Source of the DNA: Octopus bimaculoides
Taxonomy: Eukaryota
Length of the DNA: 64,000 bases
NCBI RefSeq assembly: GCF_001194135.2
Contig: NC_068985.1
Location: 1,741,622-1,805,621 of the forward strand
Direction: 5' to 3'
Positions within the stretch are counted from its first letter, which is position 1, and each line of letters opens with the position of its first letter. Under the pieces are notes generated by a model, which had not been told where the DNA came from, made no database searches, and worked only from the letters and a program-made list of their open reading frames with translations. Shown one piece after another: positions 1-12,054 of this stretch. Position numbers and translations under genes: made by a program.

Positions 1-130
1 AAAATTTCCCCGAGACACCTGATGAAGGCTGGAGGGTATATCAGCTGAAATGTATTAACAACAAGATGAGGACAAATATCAGTTGAATGTAAATAATGTA
101 AATAATGTACATAACTCCTCATCTCTTTAA
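1..130 (+). mobile_element. Penelope-type terminal repeat (pLTR) fragment with a decayed hammerhead motif
   Basis: acac-CTGATGA-a-ggctg-gagggtatat-cagct-GAAA-tgt; the flank is homologous to 53361-53500. Confidence 0.7.
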
Positions 131-245
131 AATTTGAAATTCTGAGATATTTCTAAGTAGGCCATTAATAATACATTTTGGTTTGAGAGAATTTTTCTCC
201 GAATGCTGAAATTTTTCCTTAATTTTTAATTCATAAAAAATTTAC

Positions 246-524
246 GGAGGGATTTTCTTAGTTCTTCTGAATAAAACCAAAACTAAATTAAAAATTGTAA
301 AAAGAGAGTGATCATGATATAATCCGCAGCCAAAGTCCAGAAATTTTTTCATTTCATTTCTGAGGAATAAATTTATCAAATCATTTATCTGAGCTGAATC
401 AGAAGAGCTCTGAATAATATCCAAATTATCATGTCTAGATATTCTAGAGTAGTAATGATCCATGAAGATCAATGCATTCCTGCAATTATGACTACATCTC
501 CAAATGTTAAAGCATAATTTCTGT
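246..524 (-). CDS. Candidate internal exon of a divergent dynein heavy chain-like gene (region between AAA5 and AAA6)
   Basis: Non-repetitive open frame bounded by ttattttcactAG (alternative cAG at 521-523) and donor CC|GTAAAT. The peptide ...LCFNIWRCSHNCRNALIFMDHYY...AQINDLINLF...GCGLYHDHSLFTIFNLVLVLFRRTKKIP resembles by eye the dynein pattern LYF..DLSKINPMYQFSL.WF...RINNLID....RGLFE.HKLLFSFLL..KI...GKI. Confidence 0.5.
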
Positions 525-783
525 CTAGTGAAAATAAGCACCTTATTTTGGAAATATAAAAGAATAACAACTATTATTCTTAGAGTGTAAGGAGGAAGGT
601 TTTAAATTATTCAGTAATCCAAGAAACCATTCAATGATATCACGTAGAATTATCCTAACAAAATTATTTAATATATTTTGCTACTTCCAGCATTATAGTT
701 ATATATTTATTCCATGTCTTAGTGAATCTACACTATCCTAATACATATATATATATACATGCATAGATACACATGTACCTACC

Positions 784-860
<77 letters not shown>

Positions 861-874
861 CTATCTATCTATCT

Positions 875-1031
875 GGTGGCGTGTAAGAAGCACCGAGCAC
901 ACTCTGTAGAGTGGTTGGCATTAGGAAGGGCATCCTGGACAGCTCCTCAGTTGGCGAGCTCCTGTCAAACCATCCAACCCATGCCAACATGGAAAATGGA
1001 CATTAAATAATGACATAGATGATGATGATGG
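875..1031 (+). mobile_element. RTE 3'-end repeat (5'-truncated)
   Basis: gtggttggcattaggaagggcatcc...ccaacccatgccaacatggaaaatggacattaaa plus gat tail. Confidence 0.85.
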
Positions 1032-1105
1032 AGGTGACATGTGTAGATACATACATACATGTGTGTATGAGTGTGTGTGTGTGTACATATATCTTTCTCA
1101 CTCTT

Positions 1106-1147
<42 letters not shown>

Positions 1148-1157
1148 NNNNNNNNNN

Positions 1158-1189
<32 letters not shown>

Positions 1190-1489
1190 CTCTCCCTCTC
1201 TTTCTCTTCTACGTTACTAGATTTGTTCTTCATTCTCCCCCTCTGTCTATCTAAAATATTGCTGATTACTAACTCAATAGAAACACTTTATCCAAATGTA
1301 AATTTTCTATTTTTCTATTGTGTGTCTGAGCAATCTCTAATAGGAGATATCTTACATATTTTCCTCTACATGTACAATTTTGTAACTCCTACTACCAAAG
1401 GAAACACATGTAATGGTGAATAAGTAACTCCAAAATTTTATTCTAATCTGCTTTCTGCTTTCTTATATATAATTATATATATATGTACA

Positions 1490-1534
<45 letters not shown>

Positions 1535-2247
1535 NNNNNNNNNNNNNNNNNNNNNNNNNNNNNNNNNNNNNNNNNNNNNNNNNNNNNNNNNNNNNNNNNN
1601 NNNNNNNNNNNNNNNNNNNNNNNNNNNNNNNNNNNNNNNNNNNNNNNNNNNNNNNNNNNNNNNNNNNNNNNNNNNNNNNNNNNNNNNNNNNNNNNNNNNN
1701 NNNNNNNNNNNNNNNNNNNNNNNNNNNNNNNNNNNNNNNNNNNNNNNNNNNNNNNNNNNNNNNNNNNNNNNNNNNNNNNNNNNNNNNNNNNNNNNNNNNN
1801 NNNNNNNNNNNNNNNNNNNNNNNNNNNNNNNNNNNNNNNNNNNNNNNNNNNNNNNNNNNNNNNNNNNNNNNNNNNNNNNNNNNNNNNNNNNNNNNNNNNN
1901 NNNNNNNNNNNNNNNNNNNNNNNNNNNNNNNNNNNNNNNNNNNNNNNNNNNNNNNNNNNNNNNNNNNNNNNNNNNNNNNNNNNNNNNNNNNNNNNNNNNN
2001 NNNNNNNNNNNNNNNNNNNNNNNNNNNNNNNNNNNNNNNNNNNNNNNNNNNNNNNNNNNNNNNNNNNNNNNNNNNNNNNNNNNNNNNNNNNNNNNNNNNN
2101 NNNNNNNNNNNNNNNNNNNNNNNNNNNNNNNNNNNNNNNNNNNNNNNNNNNNNNNNNNNNNNNNNNNNNNNNNNNNNNNNNNNNNNNNNNNNNNNNNNNN
2201 NNNNNNNNNNNNNNNNNNNNNNNNNNNNNNNNNNNNNNNNNNNNNNN
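1535..2247. other. Assembly gap (largest N-runs: 1535-2247, 3113-3851, 35492-35842, 53573-54143; also several short ones)
   Basis: N-runs, mostly flanked by simple repeats, typical of short-read scaffolding. Confidence 0.99.
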
Positions 2248-2544
2248 TATATATATATATATATATTTATAAATATATATATATATATATATATTTATGT
2301 GATACTCCTAAACAATGATTGCATACATAACACATTAACATATGAAAATACAATTACATATAGATACACAGACACATGTGCATAAATATACACATACATA
2401 CATACATACATACATACATACATACATGCATGCATGCATGCATACATACATATATACATACATACATACATTATATATAGTCCAACTAATATACATACAT
2501 ACATGCATACATACATATACACATACGTATATGTTGAAAAAGAT

Positions 2545-2990
2545 TTAGTGAAACAGTTGTTTCGGTAAAGCAACTTCCCTGAAGATATTGCCAGACTCTG
2601 GCTGAAGAGAAGGCAGAGGTGGGGTGGAGGAGAGAACGATTTGAGATAACAAAAGGATGAAGTGTTGGTGGATGGTGAATTCACTATTGAAGAGCAGAAG
2701 CAATGCACCTGGGACTGGACGAGTTGTAGAGATGCAGGAATGACCAGCAGACTGCAGATTTGAATTGTATCCTCTGTGGATGCTGGGCACTGGATCAATA
2801 CTTCAGAAGTTTAATTTGGCAACAAAAGAACTGTTTTTGCTTCTTTGTAGACTGAGAGCTTTGAGAATAGTTCCATAGGGTGGGGAAATGCTGGAAGAAT
2901 GGGAGGGGGGTAGTGTTCGTGGTGAAGGCGGGGATGGTTGTGGAAGTGGGGATAAGGAAGGGGGCGGACAGAGGTGGCGGTTGAGATGGT
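2545..2990 (-). mobile_element. Degenerate Penelope-like element, C-terminal part and 3' end
   Basis: The minus-strand peptide PLPFFQHFPTLWNYSQ resembles the PLE motif PLVLTYHP; the end carries ccgaaacaactgt, a decayed PLE terminal motif. Confidence 0.45.
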
Positions 2991-4234
2991 AGGGTTTGTT
3001 GTGGTTGTGATGATGTTGTTGATAACAAACATGATGATGATGATGACGACAACGATAATGACAATGATGATAATGATGGTTGTGATGATAGTGGTGGTGG
3101 TGGTGGTGGTGGNNNNNNNNNNNNNNNNNNNNNNNNNNNNNNNNNNNNNNNNNNNNNNNNNNNNNNNNNNNNNNNNNNNNNNNNNNNNNNNNNNNNNNNN
3201 NNNNNNNNNNNNNNNNNNNNNNNNNNNNNNNNNNNNNNNNNNNNNNNNNNNNNNNNNNNNNNNNNNNNNNNNNNNNNNNNNNNNNNNNNNNNNNNNNNNN
3301 NNNNNNNNNNNNNNNNNNNNNNNNNNNNNNNNNNNNNNNNNNNNNNNNNNNNNNNNNNNNNNNNNNNNNNNNNNNNNNNNNNNNNNNNNNNNNNNNNNNN
3401 NNNNNNNNNNNNNNNNNNNNNNNNNNNNNNNNNNNNNNNNNNNNNNNNNNNNNNNNNNNNNNNNNNNNNNNNNNNNNNNNNNNNNNNNNNNNNNNNNNNN
3501 NNNNNNNNNNNNNNNNNNNNNNNNNNNNNNNNNNNNNNNNNNNNNNNNNNNNNNNNNNNNNNNNNNNNNNNNNNNNNNNNNNNNNNNNNNNNNNNNNNNN
3601 NNNNNNNNNNNNNNNNNNNNNNNNNNNNNNNNNNNNNNNNNNNNNNNNNNNNNNNNNNNNNNNNNNNNNNNNNNNNNNNNNNNNNNNNNNNNNNNNNNNN
3701 NNNNNNNNNNNNNNNNNNNNNNNNNNNNNNNNNNNNNNNNNNNNNNNNNNNNNNNNNNNNNNNNNNNNNNNNNNNNNNNNNNNNNNNNNNNNNNNNNNNN
3801 NNNNNNNNNNNNNNNNNNNNNNNNNNNNNNNNNNNNNNNNNNNNNNNNNNNGTGGTGGTGGTGCGGATGAAGGATCCTGATGATGACGTCGTTGTTGTTC
3901 TTAGTAGTGGTGGTGGTGGTGGTGGTGGTGGTGGTGGTGGTAATAGTAGTTGTAGCAGCAACAGCAGGTATTGTTGTAGAGGTTGTCATGTTGGTAAGAT
4001 ATTGGTTTTAATGTAAGATGAGTGAGGATGTGGTAGGAACTTTAGATAGTGTTTGGGTTATAGTTCTGTTTATGTTGGTTATGATTCTGCTCATTTTCGG
4101 TGCAGTTACCATAAGTGCAGAAATGGAATTTGCTTGGGTGTGGGGGAAAACCCAGTCACAGGTTCAACAGTTTTTACAAATGAGGTCGATTTTTTGCAAT
4201 TTTGATGTAAAAAAAAAACAGTGCCACATAAAAT

Positions 4235-4778
4235 GCTTTCGTGTTGGTGCCATGTAAAAAGTGGTTGGGGTTATGAAAGACATCTGACTGTAGAAACCAT
4301 GCCAAAAGGGACAATTGGAGTCTGGTGCAGTTTTCTGGCTTGCCAGCTCCTATCAAACTGTCCAACCCATGCCAGCATGGAAAGCAGATGTTAAATGGTG
4401 ATGATGTGTCATGGATCGTTGCCAGTGCCGCCTGACTGGTTCACTGTGCCAGTAAAAAGCACCATCTGAACGTAGTCAATGACAACACCTCCACCCCGAC
4501 TGGCTCCTGTCCCAGTAGCACGTAAAAAGCGCCATCTGAACGTGGCCGATGCCAGTGCCGCCTAACTGGCCCCTGTGCCAGTGGCACATAAAAAGCACCC
4601 ACTACACTCTCGGAGTGGTTGGCGTTAGGAAGGGCATCCAGCTGTAGAAACATTGCCAGATCAGACTGGAACCTGGTGCGGCCTCTTGGCTTGCCAGTCC
4701 TCAGTCAAACCATCCAAGCCATGCCAGAGTGGAAAACGAACGTTAAATGATGATGATGATGATGGGGATGATGATGGC
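4235..4778 (+). mobile_element. Two tandem RTE 3'-end repeats (4235-4405, 4410-4778)
   Basis: Same family motifs with (gat)n tails; the second copy carries about 3 internal subunits. Confidence 0.85.
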
Positions 4779-5020
4779 TTCTACAATTATTGTTACAAGT
4801 TGACCTTGGCAAGATTTGACCCCAGGAGGCAAAGAGCCAAAAGAAATACCTTTATTGTGTTTTATTCAATTCTAATAATTCTGCCAGAAACATGGTACTG
4901 GTGCATAGTACGAAGAGCATACTGAAAGAAGTGTCATTCTGCCCTATTCTAAGCTGCCTTTCAGTAAATTCACTCTTGCAGAGAACCTCTTTCTTCACAT
5001 TCACTTTCATCAGGTGAAAG

Positions 5021-5265
5021 TTAATTCTTTAGCATTCAGATTCTTCTGCCAAATGTAATGCTTATCATTTATTCATCTTGTTTGGGATCAATCAGGCAAA
5101 TATATCGTAGTTTTAAAATTTTGATGATGTAATTGCTTATTGTTTTGAATGACATTGTCAGGTAAGTGTGAGAGGCTAGACCTACACAGTTTTAATATTG
5201 AATTAATATTGAACAGGTTGAATATTGTGAACTAGATATGGTCTGTTTAAATGCTGAAGGGTTAA
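5021..5265. mobile_element. MITE with TTAA ends (piggyBac-like)
   Basis: TTAA-ttctttagcatt...aatgctgaaggg-TTAA imperfect terminal inverted repeats; no coding capacity. Confidence 0.65.
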
Positions 5266-5339
5266 AGAAGATAATGAATTCTTAGCCGAAGGGAGAGTGT
5301 CTGGCTCGAGTCATTTCAATTTTGTCCACTTTACAATCT

Positions 5340-5904
5340 TTTTTGCCATGGCCACCAATCAGAGCAAAACTGCTTGTTGTTCCCAATAAAAGGAAAGCGA
5401 GATGATTCTGATGATAGAACTCAGCTCAGCTAATTTCATCCTACATTCTACAGCAGCTGTTTGACACATCAAGTAATATATATGAGTAACGGACGAATGC
5501 ATGCAGTAAGATTTCATTTCTCCACATGAGCGTCAGACAAACGTGGCTGAATGAACAACTGAGCCTCTGTAGACTTCATCCCTAAGCAGCAATGTCTCCC
5601 GGTAGCATTGTCAGGTGAAGCATTCTGGGAGTTTCCAGCTGTCCTCAAGCTGAAAATTAGAATAACAAAACAGTCAAATACTCTAATGACATCATTGTTT
5701 TGAAAAGTATTCGTTAATGTCCATGAATAAGAAATAGCTATCATGAAGAAAATATTAAAAAATGCCTCCTGTAGATTTATACAGATACCTGAGCGTATTT
5801 CTGCCTCTTTTTATTCATTCATACTCTGTTCATATATCTGCTTGTCTGTCTGACTGTCTCTCTTTCTCTTCACCCTCCTCTCTTTCTTTCTCTCCCTCTC
5901 TCTC

Positions 5905-5948
<44 letters not shown>

Positions 5949-6390
5949 TTTCTCCCTTTACACACACACCTATACATATAATGTGTGTGTTTATATACAC
6001 ATAGTTATATACACTTCCGTGTGTGTGTGTGTATGTGTGCTATGGTATATAACTATATCTGTCTGTCTATACACACAGGTAAACGCCTGTAGCATAGCAG
6101 AGAGGGGTGAAAAGACAAGTAATTCCATCAGTTGTTCACATGAGATGATAAATCTAGATGTGCAATGCTTCCAATGGGCTTGCAACCACCAACCATTGTT
6201 TTTACAATGTCAAGCATTCTGCAATTCCAGTGAAAATTAATGAGCCATCATCGCACGATGAGACCTCTCTCAGAACTGATTAGCAATAATAAGAATACTT
6301 TTAGACAGCCATTATCAATTTTCTCTGGAAATTCTTTAATCAAAAGTTGAATGAATTTATATGAGAATTCTATACTATTGAAAATTTGAG
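5340..6390 (-). mobile_element. Possible hAT (Ac/ZBED-like) transposase fossil split by a microsatellite tract
   Basis: WLI...MLDIVKTMVGGCKPIGSIAHLDL resembles W.I...TDNA.NM..A.....C.AH.LNL; YWEQQAV lies downstream; there are in-frame TGA stops. Confidence 0.35.
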
Positions 6391-6569
6391 CTTTCTTCCT
6401 TTTCTTCATTTTCTATTTTTCCTTTTTCATTTAGCATTTCTTTTGTATAACTTTAAAAAAAATTTGATATTTATTTTTAAAAGATTTTATCAAATCTCCA
6501 TTACTGTAGACTTTCTCCCTTTCTCTCTTCCCCCCCTCACTCTCACTCCCCCCTCTCTCTCTCTCTCTT

Positions 6570-6675
<106 letters not shown>

Positions 6676-6991
6676 AAACACTAAATGACTCTGTATGTCC
6701 CTTGTATCACTGTGTTTTTGTTCTCCTCCATAATTCAGGTTAAAAGAAAAAAAGAAAAACTTGAAGAAAGAAAGAAAAAGTTTATTAATAACTCAAAAGA
6801 CATTTCATTTTAGCCAATCGTATTTCAATAACTTACATCTTCAGTAGATGAGACGGAGATTAATCTCAAACTCACCCCAACATCTTTTACTTCTCAAAAG
6901 CTGAAATAGCTATGGGCTTGTCCCTTTACTTGAAAATAAAACAAGACCAATCAAAAACACATTAACTTTATCGTATTATTATTATTATTAC

Positions 6992-7048
<57 letters not shown>

Positions 7049-7411
7049 CTCCATTATGGCAAAGCCTAAAATAAGAACAATCACTTCTAATTCTCCTCAA
7101 ATTAAAAAAAAATAACAGAATTATGAACCAGATGGATTATTTTACTATATTTTTGCTACAGTCAACATTCCAGTTTGAAGTATTTTATTTATTCTTGTAT
7201 TTCAAGTTCTACATCTAAATATTTTGCCAAATCTTAAGATACTGTTTCAGGTTTGACAATAGCCTGGCCCATCAAACATTATGTTAATCCACCTGATTCT
7301 AATCTCTCACCAAATCCCAAAAAATGCAAAATAACAGTTTTTGCTTTGACAAATTTCTTACCGATCACCTCGAAAATTTACAAAATTCACTCAGAAATGG
7401 TAAGTTACCTT

Positions 7412-7772
7412 GGCACAGGCTTGGTGAGGAAGTGGCTCTCCAACCACATGGTTTTCGGTTCAGTCCCACTGCATGACACCTTGGGCAAGTGTCCACTATT
7501 ATTACCTTGGGCTGACCAAAGCCTTGTGAGTGGATTTGGAAGATGGAAACTGAAAGAAGCCTCTCATGTGTGTGTGTGTATGCGTGTATGTGTGTGTGTG
7601 TGTGTGCATATGTATGTGTTTGACAACCAGCGTTAGTGTGTTTACATCCCTCTAACTTAGCAGTTCAGCAAATAGAATAAGTACCAGGCTTAAAAACTAA
7701 AGATCCTTCATATTGGTGCCCCAGCATGGCCACAATCTAATGACAGAAACAAGTAAAAGCTAAAAGCTAAAA
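7412..7772 (+). mobile_element. tRNA-derived SINE, family B (ccttgggcaagt core, internal (GT)n)
   Basis: ggttcagtcccactgc..ccttgggcaagtg..ccaaagccttgtgagtggatttgg..; ends gaaacaagtaaaag. Confidence 0.85.
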
Positions 7773-8048
7773 GATCAGTTGAGGTCATTCAGTGCAGAGT
7801 GATATTTTTGTAAGATTTGTGATAACTCTGCACATGCTTTGGTTTCCTCCTTTGACCATGTCCTTGGTCTCACCAACATTTGCTGGTCATCTTGGCTGAT
7901 TGAAAGACAGCAAAGAATTGGAATGACTAACTCCTGGCTAGGAATCAGATACAACTGAGACTCACAACTTACCTATGCAGGCCCCAGCAGCATCGTTTTT
8001 GTTTGACTTTGCTGATCATTCTGAGATCAAATCAACTCAAATTGAAGG

Positions 8049-8306
8049 CAGTGGTTCCAGAACCATTATTTTTCCTATGGATCCCTTTGATTCCTGCTTT
8101 ACTTGGATGGAGCCTTATAACCATTTGGCGTTAAAAATCCCTTCTTATATTTTTGTAAATTAAATATTATTAGGAATTGGATACAAAAACGAATTAAAAT
8201 ATTTTGTGTATCGTAAAGGTATGACCAATTTATTGCAGATAAATTTTAACGACAAAATCTTAAATGGACCCCCAAGGGTCATAAGAACTTTGGTTGAAAA
8301 CTGGTG
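8049..8306. mobile_element. hAT-type MITE
   Basis: Starts cagtggttcc; interior homologous to 40018-40250. Confidence 0.6.
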
Positions 8307-9104
8307 ATCTGAGAGGAATTATATCTCAATGGATGACAGTGTGGAAGTTAAGGTAATTCTCAGTATACCATGTCTGTAATACATGACAGGACATCTCTTG
8401 TTGTTAAGAAGCATACACAGAATTCTGTAATGCCAGATCTCGTCCAAATTTGGTTTAATAAAGTGACATCCTCAACACTTCAGTTTCACCCCCAGATCTT
8501 TCATAATACAACCATCTTTTCACTGAATCACGACAAGTGAATAGATGTATGAATAAATGAATAAATTAATTAATCACTTATGGAAGTCTTTCAATGGTTT
8601 TGTAATGAAAGAATTTATGTTTTTGGTGTGTGTCGTGTATTTGTTTGGTTGGCTATGTTAACATCTTGTAGTTACTATCCAGATGCATTACCAAATTTTA
8701 ATTATCTTAGAACATTATTCACTCAGACACTTTTTTCAATATTCCAAGTCAGAGGCAGAACTTACAAACAGGGGCCACAACTGATTTATGTCACCATTGC
8801 CATCCCATAATTCCTTAATCTCTACAGAAGTTTTATGTCTGCTTCAAACCTTATGATAATATCCATATGATACCAATACATAGTGTTCCTGAGTAATTAA
8901 CATCAAGATGAAAGCTCGCTATTTCAGTGCAAATATCAAAGTCAAAGAGCTTCGAAATAGGGAATGGGGAGGGAGTTGCTCTCAAAATTAACAGGTTTCT
9001 ATAGTTTTGTTAATCCTGTTTAAATATAGAACCAAAAGATGTTGTCCATTGCATTCTGTGAGTGTTGCTTCCTCTGTTTAGGTTGAAATAATTTTGTATC
9101 ATTT

Positions 9105-9432
9105 CCCACTGTCACTTTTCATGCTTCCATTCCCTCTTTCAGCTGACAGGTCCTTGTCTTGCAAGCAGCTTGGTGACCCCACTGGTGCTGGCACCATATA
9201 AAATGTAGCTGAGCTGGTGTCACGTAAAAAGTTCCTGTGCTGGTGAGACATAAAATGCAACCAGTACTGTGCAAAGTGGTTGGCATTAGGAAGGGCACCC
9301 AGCCATAGAAACCATGCTACAACAGACAATTGGAGCCTGGTGCAGCTCTTTGATTTGTCAGCTCCTGTCAAACCGTCCAACCCATACCAGCATGGAAAAC
9401 GGACATTAAATCATGATAGTGATGATGATCAG
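9105..9432 (+). mobile_element. RTE 3'-end repeat
   Basis: Family motifs with tail; inverted partner at 9456-9728. Confidence 0.85.
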
Positions 9433-9453
9433 TGAAGAAACAGCAGGAAGCCC

Positions 9454-9455
<2 letters not shown>

Positions 9456-9515
<60 letters not shown>

Positions 9516-9728
9516 TATCATTTAATGTCCATTTTCCATGCTGGCATGGGTTGGACAGTTTGACAGGAGCTGACAAATCAAAGAGCTGCACAAGACTTCA
9601 ATTGTCTGTTGTTGCATGGTTTCTATTGCTGGATGCCCTTTCTAATGCCAACCACTTTACAGAGTGTATTGGATACTTTTCTCATGCTACCAGCACCAGT
9701 GAAATTCCCAAGGAACTTGCAAGACAGA
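9456..9728 (-). mobile_element. RTE 3'-end repeat
   Basis: (cat)n-ttaatgtccattttccatgctggcatgggttgg... Confidence 0.85.
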
Positions 9729-9857
9729 AAAAGAAGAGCAACTAAAAAGGAAGCTAAAAATGTTACTGCTTCAAAGTGGCTGGCAGTGAGTATTTGAGAG
9801 TCTGAGATGGCTTTTTGCTGGATATTCTTTACTACGCACAAAACACGAAATTTTTGG

Positions 9858-10036
9858 GGAGGGGGCCAGTCAATTAGATCGACTCCAGTGCCCAACTGGT
9901 ACTTAATTCATCGACCCCGAAAGGATGAAAGGCAAAGTCAACCTTGGCTGAATTTGAACTCAGAACGTAACAGCAGACAAAATACTGCTAAGCATTTCAC
10001 CCGGCGTGCTATCGTTTCTGCCAGCTCACCACCTTA
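9858..10036 (-). mobile_element. SINE family A, 5' part
   Basis: Same head and core. Confidence 0.8.
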
Positions 10037-10291
10037 GCTTTTAGCTGGATATTGAAAGGCAGAGGGACAAACATAGATGTCTTCCTATTGAGAAGATACA
10101 TTGCTACCATATACATTACAAAGGGATGAGTAAGGGGAGGAGTAGTTGAGAATGAGGCAAAAGAAGCTAGCGATGGGGTGGCAGAACAAAGTCACAAGGG
10201 ACAAGAAGGTGAGCGTAAGAGAGAATATGGACAGTGGGTCACGGGATAGGAAGGGAGGTAGGGGACTTTCATAAGAGTGTGAAGGCAGAGT

Positions 10292-10490
10292 ACATTATCA
10301 TCATCATCATCATTTAACATCCATTTTCCATGCTGGTATGAGTTTGAGAGGAGCTGATAAGGCCAGGGGCTGCACCAGGTTCCATGGTCTGTTTTGGGAT
10401 GGTTTCTATGGCTGGATGCCCTTTCTAATGCCAACCACTTTACAGAGTGGCACTGGGTGCTTTTATGTGGCACTGGCACAGGTGCTTTTT
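10292..10490 (-). mobile_element. RTE 3'-end repeat
   Basis: Family motifs. Confidence 0.8.
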
Positions 10491-10802
10491 ACATTCGGCT
10501 AAATTTAAAAAGGGATTTGTTTTGCAAATCCATGCAAGCACCATTCCAGTTAGTAATGCTAGGCAAATGAAATCATGAACCATCAAATATTTCCATCCTC
10601 ATCGTCAACATCATCGTCCACAACAGCTTCCTCCACTGTCCATCACAATACCAATAACACACAAACACACACACACACAAACCCATGCACACAAATACAC
10701 ACAGAAACACTCACACACAAACACACACACACACACACACATACATACACAAACNNNNNNNNNNACACAAACACACACACACACACACACACACATACAC
10801 AA

Positions 10803-10839
<37 letters not shown>

Positions 10840-11731
10840 TGCACAATCACCAACTCTTACCACCAGCCTAACTTAACACCACTAATAATTTCAGCATTAA
10901 TCTAGAATACCGACATAGAGAAGTTGATAATTCTTTAGATGTGTCCTTATATTTCATGTGATATCACATTAATATCCCATGTTTGAGCACAAACTAGTTG
11001 AATGTCAATAACTAAACAGATGACGGTATATACATCTGCATCTAGATTCTCTTATCATTAATTATATAACAGTAAGATGAGATTCACAGCCAAGAATCAT
11101 AAACAATTTCTGGTTCCTCTCATTTCATTTTTAACCAGTTCTTCTTTTCTCGTATATTTTTCTTTATCAACTCCATTTTTTTTAGCTTCTTTGTAAGTTA
11201 ATTATTCTAAGCATGAGTCTCTATATCTTAGGATTTATTCATTAAATAAGGCAAAAAGTTATGTTGCAAGAAAGTAGCTGAAAGCTAGAAAGGAAGCTGG
11301 TTGTTGCAGGAAGGGAGGTGATATCTCAGAACACTTGACATTACAGAATATAGGATGTCATTTGAAGAAACATGGTAACGTGGTCTACTGCAAACCCAGT
11401 GAGTCTTTGTTGTCATGGAATCTGAGATTCCATTACAAAGATTGTATGGGTCTACAGTGGATAAACAACACACATATATATACATGTGCCTATGGGTCCC
11501 CTATCTCTCTCTCTCTCTCTCTCTGTATATAAATATGTATATTATGAGGTGGTAATAACATTGCATATGTGTGTGTGTATATATATATACATATACATAT
11601 ATATCTCTTTTACATTGTCTAACTGCCTGGATGTTTTGTTGTCACCTGTTACGTTCTTGTTCCATTTAATTTTTTTATATACATATAGCGGCATACATAC
11701 ACCTTTGGTCTTCTATATACATACATACACA

Positions 11732-11772
<41 letters not shown>

Positions 11773-11852
11773 ATATATATATAGATATATATACATATAT
11801 ATATATACATGTATATATATGTAAACATATATATATGTGTGTGTGTGTGTGT

Positions 11853-12001
11853 GTGGTTGGGCTTAGGAAGGAGGGCATCCAGCTGTAGAAACCTTGACAG
11901 ATCAGATTGGAGCCTGGTGCAGCCTTCTGGCTGGCCAGTCCTCTGTCAAACCATCCAACCCATGCCAGCATGGAAAGTGGACGTTAAACAATGATGATGA
12001 T
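11853..12001 (+). mobile_element. RTE 3'-end repeat
   Basis: Family motifs with tail. Confidence 0.85.
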
Positions 12002-12054
12002 ATATATATTTATATACACACAAATACATATATATTATATATACATATATACAT

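Noticed and set aside
320-350. LDFGCG as a SAM-methyltransferase motif I
   Set aside because: It is followed by a long hydrophobic helix with no acidic residue ending strand 2; the wider context fits dynein better.
5340-6390. In-frame TGA codons as selenocysteine or readthrough
   Set aside because: Better explained as a decayed transposase; no SECIS or selenoprotein motif is evident.
6800-6850. Minus-strand CTGAAGA...GAAA
   Set aside because: No stem II or stem III pairing.
7800-7935. PRTWSKEETKA as a Myb/SANT exon
   Set aside because: It ends in a stop without a donor and also fits an L1/Tx1 RT N-terminal relic.
8765-8824. Minus mini-exon IKELWDGNGDINQLWPLF (WPL like dynein AAA5)
   Set aside because: Only a 3-residue match with a weak acceptor; too little to support.
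11186-11192. 7-nt micro-exon (ttttttttAG cttcttt GTAAGT)
   Set aside because: It is frame-shifting, and such motifs are expected by chance in AT-rich DNA.
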